64,000 nt of DNA from an uncultured delta proteobacterium (GTDB lineage Bacteria > Myxococcota_A > Polyangia > Polyangiales > B10-G4), in NCBI GenBank assembly GCA_963727445.1, contig CAVSGI010000005.1:164377-228376 (forward strand), in the 5' to 3' direction. Position 1 is the stretch's first letter, and each line of letters begins with the position of its first letter. Both the position numbers and the translations under genes were made by a program. This document shows positions 40,777-51,741 of the stretch, one piece after another. The notes below the pieces were generated by a model, which did no database searches, was not told the origin of the DNA, and saw only the letters and a program-made list of their open reading frames with translations.

Positions 40777-42732
40777 ATGCGTCGCTCCTTGCTCTTTCTG
40801 ACGGCCTTCGTGCTGCTCGGAGCCACGCCTTGTGGAGGCGACGATCCGCCCGTGCAGGAGCCGACCGAGGTGGTCATGGGCTACGCCTCGGACCTCTTCT
40901 ACGACGTGCCCTTTCCGGACGAGGCGCATCGCAACCCGGATGGCTTCGTCAATCTCGAGACCTTCCCGAACCTGCGCCCGTCAGACTTCGTCACGCGCCT
41001 GCTCGCGGTGGCGCGCCGAACGCCAGGCTTCGGCGTCACCTCCCCCATCTACTTCCGCACGACGAACGCCCTCGACGCCGCGTCGGTGGAGGTCGAATAC
41101 CTCGAGAGCCGTGACGCATCGGCCCCCATCTTCTTGATGCGCGTGGACGATGGCTCGGCCGTGCGGCATCCGATCCAGGCGCGCTTTCGTGAGGACGGCG
41201 GGCCGTGGGGCGCGCCGAACCTCGTCTCGCTCCTGCCGCTTCAAGGGCGGCCCCTCGCCCCGAACGCGACCTACGCCGCGGTGATCACCGACGCGGTGGT
41301 GGACGCTTCGGGTGCGGCGCTCGAGGTGCCACCGAGCCTCACGTCCCTCCTCGCGGGCGAGATGCCCCAGGGCATGAGCGTCGACGCCTTCGCCGCGCAC
41401 CAGCAGGCCCTCGACGCGCTCGCCGCCGCCGGCGTCGATACCAGCGCGATCCGGGGGCTCGCGGTCTTCCGCACGGAGGACCCGGTGACGACCTTCGAAG
41501 AGGCGCGGGACATCGCGCTCGCCGAACCGCTCCCAGTGGTCACCGATCTGAGCCTGACCGACACCTTCGACGGCTTCTGCGTCTACTCGGGCATGACCCA
41601 GATGCCGGATTACCAGCGCGGCGTGCTTCCCTATGACGAGGGCGGGGCGTGGGACCTGACGCAGCCGCCGAACATGGCCGACGCGCGGGTGGTGATCACC
41701 GTGCCGCGGGTGGCACCCGCCGGCGCGCTGCCGACGGTGGTCATGAGCCGTACCGGCGGCGGCGGGGATCGTCCCCTCGTCGACCGTGGCCCCCGCGCCG
41801 AGCCCGGCGGTCCCGCCATCACTCCGGGCACTGGGCCCGGGAGCGAGTTCGCGGCGGTCGGCTGGGCCGGGGTGAGCATCGACGGCCCGCACGGCGGCCC
41901 GCGCAACCCGATGATGATGGACGAGCAGTTCCTGGTGTTCAACGTGAACAACCCGGAGGCGATGGTGGACAACATCCGCCAGTCCGCGCTCGAGCTCTCG
42001 CTCACCGCGCACGTGATGAACGAGCTCACGGTCGACGCGAGCGACTGTCCCGGCGTGGACGGTCCGGTGACCTTCGAAGCGCGCGCGCTCATGGGCCACT
42101 CGATGGGCGCGACGATCGCGCCGCTCGCGTTCTACGCCGAGCCGCTTTACGAAGCGTTGATCCTCAGCGGCTCCGGCGGCAGTTGGATCATGAACGTGGT
42201 GCACAAGGAGAGCCCGGTGGTGGTGCGGCCCTTCGCGGAAGCGCTTCTCGGGATCAGCGGGCGCTGGATGCTCCACGAGCACGATCCGATCCTCGGGATC
42301 CTCCAGTGGGCGGGCGAGGCCGCGGACCCGCCCGCGTACGCGGCGCGCATCGAGGGCGGGCGAAACGTCTTGATGATGCAAGGCATCGTCGACACCTACA
42401 TCCTTCCGCCGATGGCCAACGCGTCGAGCCTGTCGTTCGGTCTCGACATGGGCGGCGATCCCCTCGACGCGAGCGCGCCGGAGCTCGCTCAGTTCACGCC
42501 CCTCGAAGCGCTCCTCGACACGAGCGGGGGCCAGGTGCGCTCTCTGCCGGTGAGCGGCAATCGGGACGGAACGACGATGGTGGTGGTCCAGCATCCCGAG
42601 GACGGGATCGAGGACGGCCACGAGGTGGTCTTCCAAACCGAGGCGCCAAAGGCGGAGTATCGTTGCTTTCTCCAGACGCTGGCGGCTGGCGAGACGCCGA
42701 TGGTCCCCGCCGACGGCGCCGCGTGCCCTTGA
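40777..42732 (+). CDS. secreted alpha/beta hydrolase with N-terminal beta-rich domain
   Basis: Signal peptide; DVPFPD, SIDGPHGGPR, DNIRQSA, GHSMG, DTYI, DGH. Confidence 0.8.
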   Translation: MRRSLLFLTAFVLLGATPCGGDDPPVQEPTEVVMGYASDLFYDVPFPDEAHRNPDGFVNLETFPNLRPSDFVTRLLAVARRTPGFGVTSPIYFRTTNALDAASVEVEYLESRDASAPIFLMRVDDGSAVRHPIQARFREDGGPWGAPNLVSLLPLQGRPLAPNATYAAVITDAVVDASGAALEVPPSLTSLLAGEMPQGMSVDAFAAHQQALDALAAAGVDTSAIRGLAVFRTEDPVTTFEEARDIALAEPLPVVTDLSLTDTFDGFCVYSGMTQMPDYQRGVLPYDEGGAWDLTQPPNMADARVVITVPRVAPAGALPTVVMSRTGGGGDRPLVDRGPRAEPGGPAITPGTGPGSEFAAVGWAGVSIDGPHGGPRNPMMMDEQFLVFNVNNPEAMVDNIRQSALELSLTAHVMNELTVDASDCPGVDGPVTFEARALMGHSMGATIAPLAFYAEPLYEALILSGSGGSWIMNVVHKESPVVVRPFAEALLGISGRWMLHEHDPILGILQWAGEAADPPAYAARIEGGRNVLMMQGIVDTYILPPMANASSLSFGLDMGGDPLDASAPELAQFTPLEALLDTSGGQVRSLPVSGNRDGTTMVVVQHPEDGIEDGHEVVFQTEAPKAEYRCFLQTLAAGETPMVPADGAACP

Positions 42733-42853
42733 AAAGGGGCTCACTCCCCAGCCTCCTCTGCCGGCCCACGGCCTTGAGCTAGCGCACGGGAAGGATTGCT
42801 CGCCCCTCGGCCCTCTGATAGCCGAACGATTCCCTGATGATGGAGGCGAGTAC

Positions 42854-43825
42854 ATGAAGCTTGCGACCCTGCGCGATGGCACCCGGGACGGACGGCTCCT
42901 CGTCGTCTCCCGCGATGGTGAACGCTTCCTGCCGGCCGAGGGCATCGCCCGCACCATGCAGGCGGCGCTCGACGACTGGGACGCGGCGGCGCCGAAGCTC
43001 GCCGAGCTCTCGAAGCAGCTCGACGCGGGACAGGGCGAGAAGCTCGACGTGACCAAGCTCGACGCGCCGCTGCCGCGCGCCTACGAGTGGGTCGACGGGT
43101 CGGCGTACATCAACCACATCGTCCTGGTGCGCAAGGCCCGCGGCGCCGAGCCGCCGGAGACCCTCGAGACCGACCCGCTCGTCTATCAGGGCGGCTCGGG
43201 CGTGCTCCTCGCGCCCACCGACGACATCGAGTTGCCGAACCCCGAGTGGGGCCTCGACTTCGAAGCGGAGATCTGCGTGGTCCTCGGCGACACACCGCGC
43301 GGCACGACCAAGGAAAAGGCGGGCGACTACGTGCGGCTGGTGATGCTCGCCAACGACGTCACCTTGCGCAATCTGATCCCGCCCGAGCTCAAGAAGGGCT
43401 TCGGTTTCTTCAACAGCAAGCCGGCGACCGCCTTTTCGCCCTTCGCCGTCACTCCCGACGAGCTCGGCGACAGCTGGCGCGAGGGACGGCTTCATCGCCG
43501 GCTCGTGACGCGCCTGAACGACGACCTCGCGGGCGACCCCGAGGCCGGTCCCGAGATGCACTTCTCGTTCTTCGAGCTGATCCAGCACATCGCGAAGACT
43601 CGCGCCTTCACCGCGGGGACCATCGTCGGCAGCGGCACCGTGTCCAACCAAGACGAAGCGCGCGGCGTGTCTTGCCTCGCCGAGCGGCGGATGCGCGAGA
43701 AGATCGAGACCGGCGAGTTCTCGACGCCCTTCTTGAAGGAGGGTGACCGCGTGCGCATCGAGATGCGCGACGACGAGGGGCGCTCCATCTTCGGCTGCAT
43801 CGATCAGAAGGTCGTGCGCGCGTGA
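42854..43825 (+). CDS. fumarylacetoacetate hydrolase family protein
   Basis: MKLATLRDGTRDG, DGSAYINH, DFEAE, NDVTLRN, GSGTVSN. Confidence 0.92.
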   Translation: MKLATLRDGTRDGRLLVVSRDGERFLPAEGIARTMQAALDDWDAAAPKLAELSKQLDAGQGEKLDVTKLDAPLPRAYEWVDGSAYINHIVLVRKARGAEPPETLETDPLVYQGGSGVLLAPTDDIELPNPEWGLDFEAEICVVLGDTPRGTTKEKAGDYVRLVMLANDVTLRNLIPPELKKGFGFFNSKPATAFSPFAVTPDELGDSWREGRLHRRLVTRLNDDLAGDPEAGPEMHFSFFELIQHIAKTRAFTAGTIVGSGTVSNQDEARGVSCLAERRMREKIETGEFSTPFLKEGDRVRIEMRDDEGRSIFGCIDQKVVRA

Positions 43826-44472
43826 AGGTCACCCTGCACGGCTACTGGCGGAGCTCCAGCGCCTGGCGCGTGCGCATCGCGCTCGGCTTCAAGGCCATTC
43901 CCTACAAGTACGTGGCGGTGCACCTCCTCGAGGAGGGCGGCAAGCAGCACGCGGAGGGCTACCGGGCGAAGAACCCGATGCGACAGGTGCCGCTGATCGA
44001 GATCGAAGAGGGTGCCGAGACGCTGCGCCTCGCTCAGTCGATGGCGATCATCGAGTACCTCGAGCAGCGCTTCGAAGAGCCGCCGTTGATCCCGCGCGAC
44101 CCATACCTCGCGGCCAAGGCGCGGCAGATGGCCGAGATCGTGAACTCGGGGATCCAGCCCATCCAGAATCTGCGCGTGCTGCAGGCGATCGAGGCGCTCG
44201 GCGGCGACAAGAAGGAGTGGGGGCACCGCTGGATCTCCTCGGGTCTCGAAGCGCTCGAGGCCGAGGCCCGCCCCCTCGCCAACCGCTACATGATCGGCGA
44301 CCGCGTCACCGTCGCCGATCTCTTCCTCGTCCCCCAAATCTACAACGCGCGCCGGTTCGGCGTGGACCTCGAGGCCTTTCCGACGCTGATGCGCGTGGAG
44401 CGGGCCTGCAACGAGCTCCCGCCCTTCGCCGCCGCCCACCCGGACAAGCAACCCGACGCCCAGAAGTCGTAG
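43822..44472 (+). CDS. maiA: maleylacetoacetate isomerase
   Basis: YWRSSSAWRVRIAL, NPMRQVP, QSMAIIEYL, IQPIQNL, AAHPDKQPDA. Confidence 0.95.
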   Translation: MKVTLHGYWRSSSAWRVRIALGFKAIPYKYVAVHLLEEGGKQHAEGYRAKNPMRQVPLIEIEEGAETLRLAQSMAIIEYLEQRFEEPPLIPRDPYLAAKARQMAEIVNSGIQPIQNLRVLQAIEALGGDKKEWGHRWISSGLEALEAEARPLANRYMIGDRVTVADLFLVPQIYNARRFGVDLEAFPTLMRVERACNELPPFAAAHPDKQPDAQKS

Positions 44473-44492
44473 CCCGCTCGAAGGAGATTGTG

Positions 44493-45641
44493 ATGGCAGC
44501 CCCCTCCCTAGGCCTCAAGAAGCTCGAAGCGATTCACTACTACGTTCACGACCTCGAGCGGAGCCGCAGCTTCTACACGGAGCAGCTCGACTTCGCCGAG
44601 GTCGGTCAGAGCGATCCGAAAATGGACGCGAAGACGCATCAGCGCTCACTCGTCTTCCGCGCCGGCGACTGCACGATCATCTGCTCGCAGCCGGTGGGCG
44701 ATGGAGGCCGCGCGGCCCGCTGGCTCCGCAAGCACCCCGACGGCGTGGGCACGGTCGTCTTCGAGGTCGACGACATCGAGAAGACCTTCGAGATGCTCGA
44801 CGCCCGCGGGGGCACGCCCATCAGCGAGATCGAGTGGTACGAGGAAGGCGGCGGCAAGATGGGGACCTTCTCCATCACCACGCCCTTCGGGTCGAGCACC
44901 TTCCGATTCGTCGAGCGCCGCGGATACGACCGCCTGTTCCCGAACCTCATCGAGTACACCGAGCCGCGGGGCGGCAAGAACGCCTTCGGCTTCACCCACA
45001 TCGATCACATCACCAGCAACTTCGAGACGATGAGCCCGGCGCTGCTCTGGATGGAGCACGTGATGGGCTTCGAGGAGTACTGGGGCATCGAGTTCCACAC
45101 CGAGGACGTCGCCAAGGGCGGTGAGAGCGGCTCGGGGCTGCGCTCGAAGGTGTTCTGGGATCCGAAGTCGGGCGCGAAGTTCGCGAACAACGAGCCGCTG
45201 CGTCCGTTCTTCAAGTCGTCGCAGATCAACATCTTCCACGAGGACATGAACGGCGACGGCATCCAGCACGCGGCCCTCGCGGTCGCGGACATCATCCCCG
45301 CGGTGCGCGGCCTCAAGGAGCGCAACGTCCGCTTCTTCCCGACGCCGGGGACGTACTACGACATGCTGCCGAAGCGAATCGACGACCTGGGCATCAAGGC
45401 CATCGACGAAGACATCGCGGTGCTCCGCGACCTCGAGATCCTCGTCGACGGAAAGGGCGAGCACAAATATCTGCTGCAGATCTTTCTGCAGGACTCGGCG
45501 TCGACCCACGAGGACATCCAGGCGGGGCCGTTCTTCTACGAGATCATCCAGCGCAAGGGTGACAAGGGCTTCGGCGGCGGAAACTTCCGCGCGCTCTTCG
45601 AGAGCATCGAGCGGCAGCAGAAGGCCGAGGGCCGCATCTGA
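44493..45641 (+). CDS. hppD: 4-hydroxyphenylpyruvate dioxygenase
   Basis: IDHI, NNEP, GIQH, YLLQIF, FFYEIIQRKGDKGFGGGNFRALFESIERQQ. Confidence 0.95.
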   Translation: MAAPSLGLKKLEAIHYYVHDLERSRSFYTEQLDFAEVGQSDPKMDAKTHQRSLVFRAGDCTIICSQPVGDGGRAARWLRKHPDGVGTVVFEVDDIEKTFEMLDARGGTPISEIEWYEEGGGKMGTFSITTPFGSSTFRFVERRGYDRLFPNLIEYTEPRGGKNAFGFTHIDHITSNFETMSPALLWMEHVMGFEEYWGIEFHTEDVAKGGESGSGLRSKVFWDPKSGAKFANNEPLRPFFKSSQINIFHEDMNGDGIQHAALAVADIIPAVRGLKERNVRFFPTPGTYYDMLPKRIDDLGIKAIDEDIAVLRDLEILVDGKGEHKYLLQIFLQDSASTHEDIQAGPFFYEIIQRKGDKGFGGGNFRALFESIERQQKAEGRI

Positions 45642-46798
45642 TGCTCGACAGGATGGTCGTCGGGGACGTCCCGAAGAAGCACCACATCGCGCACCGAAGC
45701 CCCGAGGGTGAGCTTCGCTACGAGGAGTGCATCACCCGAAAGGGTTTCGACGGCCCCTACACCATCGCCTATCACGAGAGCCGTCCCCAGACCGCGAAGC
45801 ACGGCACCTCGAAGCACGGCTTCGGCGCGCCGACGGCGGCGCCGCTGCGCAAGCTCGCCAAGCGCCACTTCAAGTCTCAGGACATGAACCCGCTCGTCGG
45901 ACCCGCCATCGACGGGCGCGTGCCGATGCTCTTCAACAAGGACGTCGTCCTCAGCGTCGCGCATCCGTCGGAGCCCGATCCGGTCTACTTCTCGAACGGA
46001 GACGGGGACGACCTGTACTTCATCTTCGAGGGCGGCGGCGTGTGCCGCTCGCTCCTCGGCGACGTGCGCTTCGACGAGAACGACTACCTCTGCGTGCCGC
46101 GCGGTATCACCCACCGAATGATCCCCGACGACGGGGTGAAGCAGCACTGGCTGGTGATGGAGTGCCGCGGCGGGGTCCATCTCCCAAGCAGTGGCGCAAC
46201 GAGACGGGGCAGCTCCGCATGGACGCGCCCTACTGTCATCGCGACTTTCGCCGCCCGACCTTCGAGGGTCCGAAGGACGAGTCGATTCGCGACGTGCTGG
46301 TGAAGCGCCGCGATCGGTTCACGGCGTTGAGCTACGACCACAACCCGCTCGACGTGGTGGGCTGGGACGGCACCGTCTATCCGTGGGTGTTTCCGATCTC
46401 TGAACTTCCAGCCGCGCGCAGGCCTCGTGCATCTGCCGCCCGACTGGCATGGCACCTTCGCGACGCGCGGTGCGCTGATCTGTTCTTTCGTGCCGCGGGT
46501 GGTCGACTTCCACGAAGAAGCGATCCCCTGTCCGTACCCGCACTCGTCTGTGGACTGCGACGAGTTCCTCTTCTACGTCAGCGGCAACTTCACCAGCCGC
46601 AAGGGCGTCGGCCCGGGGTCGATCAGCTACCACCCGATGGGCATGCCCCACGGCCCGCACCCCGGCGCCTACGAGGCGAGCATCGGCTCCAAGCGCACCG
46701 ACGAGCTCGCGGTGATGCTCGACACCTTCGAGCCCCTCGAGGTCGCCGAAAAGGCGCTGCCCATCGAGGACCCGGACTACATGACCTCGTTCATCTGA
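45641..46798 (+). CDS. hmgA: homogentisate 1,2-dioxygenase (compensating indels ~46184 and ~46400)
   Basis: VPKKHH, NGDGDDL, PLDVVGWDG, CSFVPR, PYPHSSVDCDE, PHGPHPG, ELAVMLDTF. Confidence 0.92.
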
Positions 46799-47916
46799 AA
46801 CCAGTCGCAGCCGAGCGCGACGGCGTGGCGCGCCAGCGCGTCGTCGAGGGCGACCGGATCGATCGCGTGACCCGGCTCGGACCACAGGCGATCGACGACG
46901 AGCGTTTCGTCTTCGACGTGCGCTTCGAGTCGGCCGACGAGGTGCCCGCGGTGCAGCAGCGGGCAGACGTACCAACCGTAGCGGCGCTCGCGCTTCGGCT
47001 TGTAGACCTCCCACACGTAGTCGAAGCCGAAGACCTGCCTCACGAGCTTGCGATCCCAGAGCAGCGCATCCAGTGGGCCCAGGATGCGCAGGCGGTCGTC
47101 CGGCTGCTGGAGCCGCGCTTCGCGAAAGCCGGCTGGCGCGAGGTAGGGTCGCCGCGAGCCTTCGACCTCCACTTCCTCGATGGTGCCTTCGGCGATCAGG
47201 GCGTCGACGAGCCCGCTGGTTCGCACGTCGCGGAGCATGGACCAGCACGGCCCACCGGCGCGTGCGAGCAGACCTGCGGCATGGACGCGCTCGAGGAGCG
47301 CCCATCGGGCGAAGGGCAGGGCGGGGGCGCGGTGGTGATCGGGTAGGGCGCGCGCCGGTACGTCGTAGCGTTTGCCCGAGCGCGTGCGCTCCGCCACCAC
47401 GACGCGGCACTGCGTCCACAGCACCTCGAGCGCCATCGACGACGCCTTCGAGGTACCCTTCCATCCGCTCCAGTCGATCGGCTTCACCGCGCCGTGGTCG
47501 GTGAGGTCGCGCGCGCTGATCGGTCCGCGCGCCTGTACTTCGGCTTCCACGCGATCGATGACCTCCGCGCTCACGCGCTCCTTGCGCGTCGACAAGCGCC
47601 ACCAGGGCGTCTGCACCGCCTGGTCCCGGTATTGAGGAAAGGCGCTCGCCGGCAGCAGGCACCGCTCCTTGGCGAAGTGCTCGAAGGCGTGGCCCGGCAA
47701 CGAGTGCCGATAGACGTCGCCCTTCGCGATCCCGTCCACCCGGGCGAGGGCGACCAGGTCGGCGTTTTCGCCGATGGGGTCGAGGGGGTCGAGCTGGATC
47801 TGGCGCAGGTCCGAGAGCAGGGCCCGAACGCCGCGCTTGCCCCGGTACTTCGGCCGCATGAGACGGAGCTTCGTGAGCAGGTAGCGCCGCGCTTCGTCCC
47901 GCGAGACGTGGACCAT
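46777..47916 (-). CDS. YcaQ/AlkZ-family winged-helix DNA crosslink glycosylase
   Basis: QIQLDPL (QxD motif), LGPLDALLWDR, FGFDYVWEVYKP..RRYGWYV. Confidence 0.85.
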   Translation of the reverse strand: MVHVSRDEARRYLLTKLRLMRPKYRGKRGVRALLSDLRQIQLDPLDPIGENADLVALARVDGIAKGDVYRHSLPGHAFEHFAKERCLLPASAFPQYRDQAVQTPWWRLSTRKERVSAEVIDRVEAEVQARGPISARDLTDHGAVKPIDWSGWKGTSKASSMALEVLWTQCRVVVAERTRSGKRYDVPARALPDHHRAPALPFARWALLERVHAAGLLARAGGPCWSMLRDVRTSGLVDALIAEGTIEEVEVEGSRRPYLAPAGFREARLQQPDDRLRILGPLDALLWDRKLVRQVFGFDYVWEVYKPKRERRYGWYVCPLLHRGHLVGRLEAHVEDETLVVDRLWSEPGHAIDPVALDDALARHAVALGCDWFQMNEVM

Positions 47917-47939
47917 GACGCCGGGTGTAGCACGGTGCT

Positions 47940-49730
47940 ATGAGGAGGCCGATGCCTCGCCCTCTTCACCCCCTCACCTTGTTCCTCGCACTCCCGTGGG
48001 CCGTGGGATGCGGCGCGAGCTATCCCGAGACCACCGCAGTTCAGACCTTCCCCACCACCGCCCAGCTCGAAGCGGTCGAGGTCCCGGTGGCGCCGGCGGA
48101 GTGGATCCTCCCCCGGGTCCCGACCGAGACGCTCACGCTGAGTGAGGCACCGGCGCTCGGTGAGGGCACGTCCGCGGCCGACGATCGCTCATTGGTACCG
48201 CTTCTCGATGGAAATGCGCGTCTGCGCCCGACGGCCGGCATGCATTGCGCGGCCTCCGCCCTCGCGCGCTTTTACCTCCGCGAGCGTGCACTCCCCGACG
48301 ACGCGGCTCTCGCTTTCGTCCTCGGTCGATGTGGCGTCGCTTCCCTCGGGCCGGCGATCGGCGTCCGTGTGTGGGACAGGGACGAAGAGATCGAGGACGA
48401 GGCGGACGCCGAACGAGCCGATGCCGACACGGGTTCCGACCAGGATGCCGACCAGGAAGCCGACGAAGCCCGCGAGACCGACGCGCCGACGACGCCACCG
48501 GAAGGCCTGGGCTTCGACGGCGTGGCCGAAGAGCTGGGCCCCGCCCTCGAGCGCTTCGCTCCTTTCGCTGTCGAGGTCGGCTCTGCCTCCGCCACCAGTG
48601 ACAGCGTCACCGTCTACCTCGGCTTGGCCAGCCCGCATCGCGTAGCGACCAGCGTGACCCGTCTCGAAGACGGCCGCTTCCTCATCAGCGGTCGCCTCGA
48701 GACCGAGCGCATGCGCGACATCTCCGCCTGGGTGAATCAGGGCGACTACGGTGTCGCGGCTTGCGAGCGTGAGCCGGGCGCCGACCTTCCGGACTTCCGA
48801 TTCACCTGCGAGATGAATCGGCACGACGTGAGCGCCCGCGTCGATCTGATCGGCGTTCCCCGACAACGACTCACCTCCCGGCGCCTCGCGAGTCTCCTGC
48901 TCTTCGCCGATGCGGACGCGTCACTCACCTATCGACCCCAGCCGCCACTCCCCAGCGAGAGCGACGCGGACGCAGAGCTCGTTCTGCGGCTCGCTGCCCT
49001 GCTCGCAGCGGCGCGCGAAGAGGCCGGCCGGGATCCACTCTCGCTCGCGAGCGCCGAGTCCACGCGACAGGCGCCCTTCCTGGGCAAGCTCATCGAGGCC
49101 AGAGCGTCGGCCGAGGCGAGCCTCGAGGAAGAGCTCGCCCTGGGCTTCCTCGCGGGCTGGTCGGTGGATGGCACGGTCGCCCGCGGCGAGCTCCAGATCC
49201 TCGAGAGCACCTCCGAGGATCCACCCGCCGCGTTCGCACAGTGGCTGGCGACGCCCGACGCGCGGCGCGTGCTTCTCTCGGCCGGCCCCCGATCGGTCGC
49301 CATCACCGCCCGCCAGATGTCGGATCTGACGGCGACCTTCACCCTCTTTCGCGTCTTCGACGAAACGAACGTCGACGCGCTTCGTGCGAGCTTTCGCGCG
49401 CGTCTCGACGAAGCGCGCCGCCAGAGCGGCGTCAGACCCTTCACCTACCTGGACGACGTCGCCGATCTGCAGCAGGAGGCGGAGCGCGTCACCCGCGAAG
49501 GGGTCCATCCGCGCGAGGCGCTCGACGATGCGATGGCGCGCCTTCGTGGTCGCCTCGGTCGCACCGTTCGCTGTTACGAGCAGACGAGCTACGACCCACG
49601 CTGGGCGGAGCTGCCGGTCGAGTTCCAGGAGTCGGGCAACGTCTCCGCCGTGACTGGCATCGCATTCCAGCGCCCCGCGGGCGCCGCCTGGGGACAGCTC
49701 GTCCTCTTCCTCTGCGTCTTCCCCGACTGA
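47940..49730 (+). CDS. hypothetical lipoprotein
   Basis: AVGC lipobox; acidic insert; no family recognised. Confidence 0.7.
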   Translation: MRRPMPRPLHPLTLFLALPWAVGCGASYPETTAVQTFPTTAQLEAVEVPVAPAEWILPRVPTETLTLSEAPALGEGTSAADDRSLVPLLDGNARLRPTAGMHCAASALARFYLRERALPDDAALAFVLGRCGVASLGPAIGVRVWDRDEEIEDEADAERADADTGSDQDADQEADEARETDAPTTPPEGLGFDGVAEELGPALERFAPFAVEVGSASATSDSVTVYLGLASPHRVATSVTRLEDGRFLISGRLETERMRDISAWVNQGDYGVAACEREPGADLPDFRFTCEMNRHDVSARVDLIGVPRQRLTSRRLASLLLFADADASLTYRPQPPLPSESDADAELVLRLAALLAAAREEAGRDPLSLASAESTRQAPFLGKLIEARASAEASLEEELALGFLAGWSVDGTVARGELQILESTSEDPPAAFAQWLATPDARRVLLSAGPRSVAITARQMSDLTATFTLFRVFDETNVDALRASFRARLDEARRQSGVRPFTYLDDVADLQQEAERVTREGVHPREALDDAMARLRGRLGRTVRCYEQTSYDPRWAELPVEFQESGNVSAVTGIAFQRPAGAAWGQLVLFLCVFPD

Positions 49731-49736
49731 GCTCCG

Positions 49737-50387
49737 TCAAACGTCGGTCGACGCGTCGGCGGCGCCGGCATCCGCCGCGCTCGCATCGCCGCCCGCGCCG
49801 CCGTCGGGTGCGCCCGCGTCGGCGCCGCCATCGTCGTTGAACACCCCACCGTCGTCGAAGACGCCGCCGTCCTCGCCCCGATAGCCCGGCGGATTGTCGG
49901 GATCCCACTGGGCGGTGAGACCTTCGACGGAGCTCTCGGCTTGAAGACCCCCCGTGCGGTTCTCGCTCACGCGCGCGCGGATCCGGACGGGGTTGCCGAG
50001 GATGTCGTCGGGGTTGGGCACCATCAGCGCGAGGCCGCTGATCTGGGTGAAATCGGCGTCGGCGGGGACCTCGTCGTTGAAGCTGAGGCGCACCGTGAAG
50101 GGGATCGAGATGGTGGCGTCACCCGCGTCGTTCTCGAAGATCAGCTCGATCAGCGCCGGCGCGGTGTTCAGGTCCCACGCGCGGAGCGCGACCCATACGT
50201 GCTGACCGCCCTGCGCCCCGCGGATCAGATTGACCATGTCGCCGTCCATGAGCGGCTGGTACTCGCCGATGTCCCCGGTGCCGATCTCGATGCGCGGCTC
50301 ACCGGGCGGCGGGTCGGCGGTGTGGGGACAGGCGGTGAGGACGAGCGCCAACAGCGGCGCCCATCGAAGGAGGCGTGAACGTGTCAT
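49737..50387 (-). CDS. hypothetical myxobacterial lipoprotein
   Basis: LTAC lipobox; GAQGGQHVWVALR; DGG/DAG-rich tail. Confidence 0.75.
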   Translation of the reverse strand: MTRSRLLRWAPLLALVLTACPHTADPPPGEPRIEIGTGDIGEYQPLMDGDMVNLIRGAQGGQHVWVALRAWDLNTAPALIELIFENDAGDATISIPFTVRLSFNDEVPADADFTQISGLALMVPNPDDILGNPVRIRARVSENRTGGLQAESSVEGLTAQWDPDNPPGYRGEDGGVFDDGGVFNDDGGADAGAPDGGAGGDASAADAGAADASTDV

Positions 50388-50397
50388 CGTGTGCCGG

Positions 50398-51741
50398 CTA
50401 CTCGACGCCTTCCATCATTTGCAAGAACTCGGCCGGCTCCACGAAGGACGTGACGCGGTGAACCTCGTGGCCTTCGCGGTCGTGGAAGACGACCAGCGGT
50501 AGACCGTGCTGCTCGTAGCTCGCCAGCACCGCTTCCTTTTCGGGCGTGGTCTCGCCGGGCGACAGATCGATGCGCACGGGGACGAACTCGTGGCTGCGCG
50601 CCGCGGCCACGACCCGGGGGTCGCTGAAGGTCTCGCGGTCGAGCTCACCGCAGGCGCCGCACCAGCTGGCACCGAAGTCGACGAGGAGGGGGCGACTCTC
50701 GTTCGTCGCGAGCTCGCGCGCCGAGTCGTAGTCGTCGAGCCAGTCGATCTTCGCGCCGGCGGGGAGGGCCTCGAGCCAGAAGATGGCCATGACGGCGCCG
50801 ACCACGGAGAGCGCGATGCCGCCGGTCTTGCGCACGCGGGTCATGGTCTGGTGGTCGTGGTAGCTGAGGTGGATCGCGCCGATGGCGATGCCCGCGACCA
50901 GCAGGGCGAGGCCGAGACCGACGAACCAGGTCTGCCGCTCCACCGGCCGGTCGAAAGGCATCAGGTCGCGCAGGTAATAGACGGCCATCACAAGCATCAC
51001 GGTGCCGAAGATGCTCTTGATCCATTCGAGCCAGCGGCCGCTCTTCGGCAATGACACGGCGAAGGTCCCGACGACCCAGAAGAGCATCCCGAGGCCGAGG
51101 GAGTAGATGAAGAGCGCGAGCGCACCGAAGGCTGCGGAGCCCGAAGTCCCGATCCAGGTCAGTAGGAACGCGAGCACCGGACCGGTGCAGGGCGCGGCGA
51201 TCAGACCCGAGACGAAGCCCAACGCGAAGGCGCCCTTGTAACCGACGCCCCCCACCTGCGCGAGCTTGTTCTGAAGCGCGGGTGGCAGGTTCATCTCGAA
51301 GGCGCCGAACATCGAGAGCGCGAGGATGATGAAGAGGATGGCGAGCCCACCCAGCACCCACGGGCTCGACAGCGCGGACCCGAAGACACCGCCGGTGAGC
51401 GCGGCGACGAGACCGAGCGGGGTGAAGAGCGCGGCGATGCCCAGGACGAAGCACGTCGACAAGAGCGCCGACTGCACCCGTGACTCCGCCTGGCGCGCAC
51501 CGAAGACGCTGACCGTGATCGCGATCATCGGGTACACGCAGGGCGTCAGTGACGTCGCCAGGCCGGCCGCGAAGACGAAGCCGAGCGCGAGGCCCCAGGA
51601 CCCGGACTCGAGCGCCTCACGAAAGGGACGTTCGAGATCGGTGAGCCAGTCCGCATGTGCGGTCCCGGTGACACCGAAAACCACGACCAGGGTGAGCGCG
51701 GCCGCCAAAGTCACGACCGTCATCCACTTGCGCATCCTCAT
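50398..51741 (-). CDS. DsbD/CcdA thiol:disulfide interchange protein with thioredoxin domain
   Basis: SLTPCVYPM, AAPCTGP, LPKSGRWL, ASWCGAC. Confidence 0.9.
   Translation of the reverse strand: MRMRKWMTVVTLAAALTLVVVFGVTGTAHADWLTDLERPFREALESGSWGLALGFVFAAGLATSLTPCVYPMIAITVSVFGARQAESRVQSALLSTCFVLGIAALFTPLGLVAALTGGVFGSALSSPWVLGGLAILFIILALSMFGAFEMNLPPALQNKLAQVGGVGYKGAFALGFVSGLIAAPCTGPVLAFLLTWIGTSGSAAFGALALFIYSLGLGMLFWVVGTFAVSLPKSGRWLEWIKSIFGTVMLVMAVYYLRDLMPFDRPVERQTWFVGLGLALLVAGIAIGAIHLSYHDHQTMTRVRKTGGIALSVVGAVMAIFWLEALPAGAKIDWLDDYDSARELATNESRPLLVDFGASWCGACGELDRETFSDPRVVAAARSHEFVPVRIDLSPGETTPEKEAVLASYEQHGLPLVVFHDREGHEVHRVTSFVEPAEFLQMMEGVE

Noticed and set aside
45641..46798. hmgA pseudogene implying pyomelanin production
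   Set aside because: Two compensating single-base indels with otherwise intact motifs fit sequencing error
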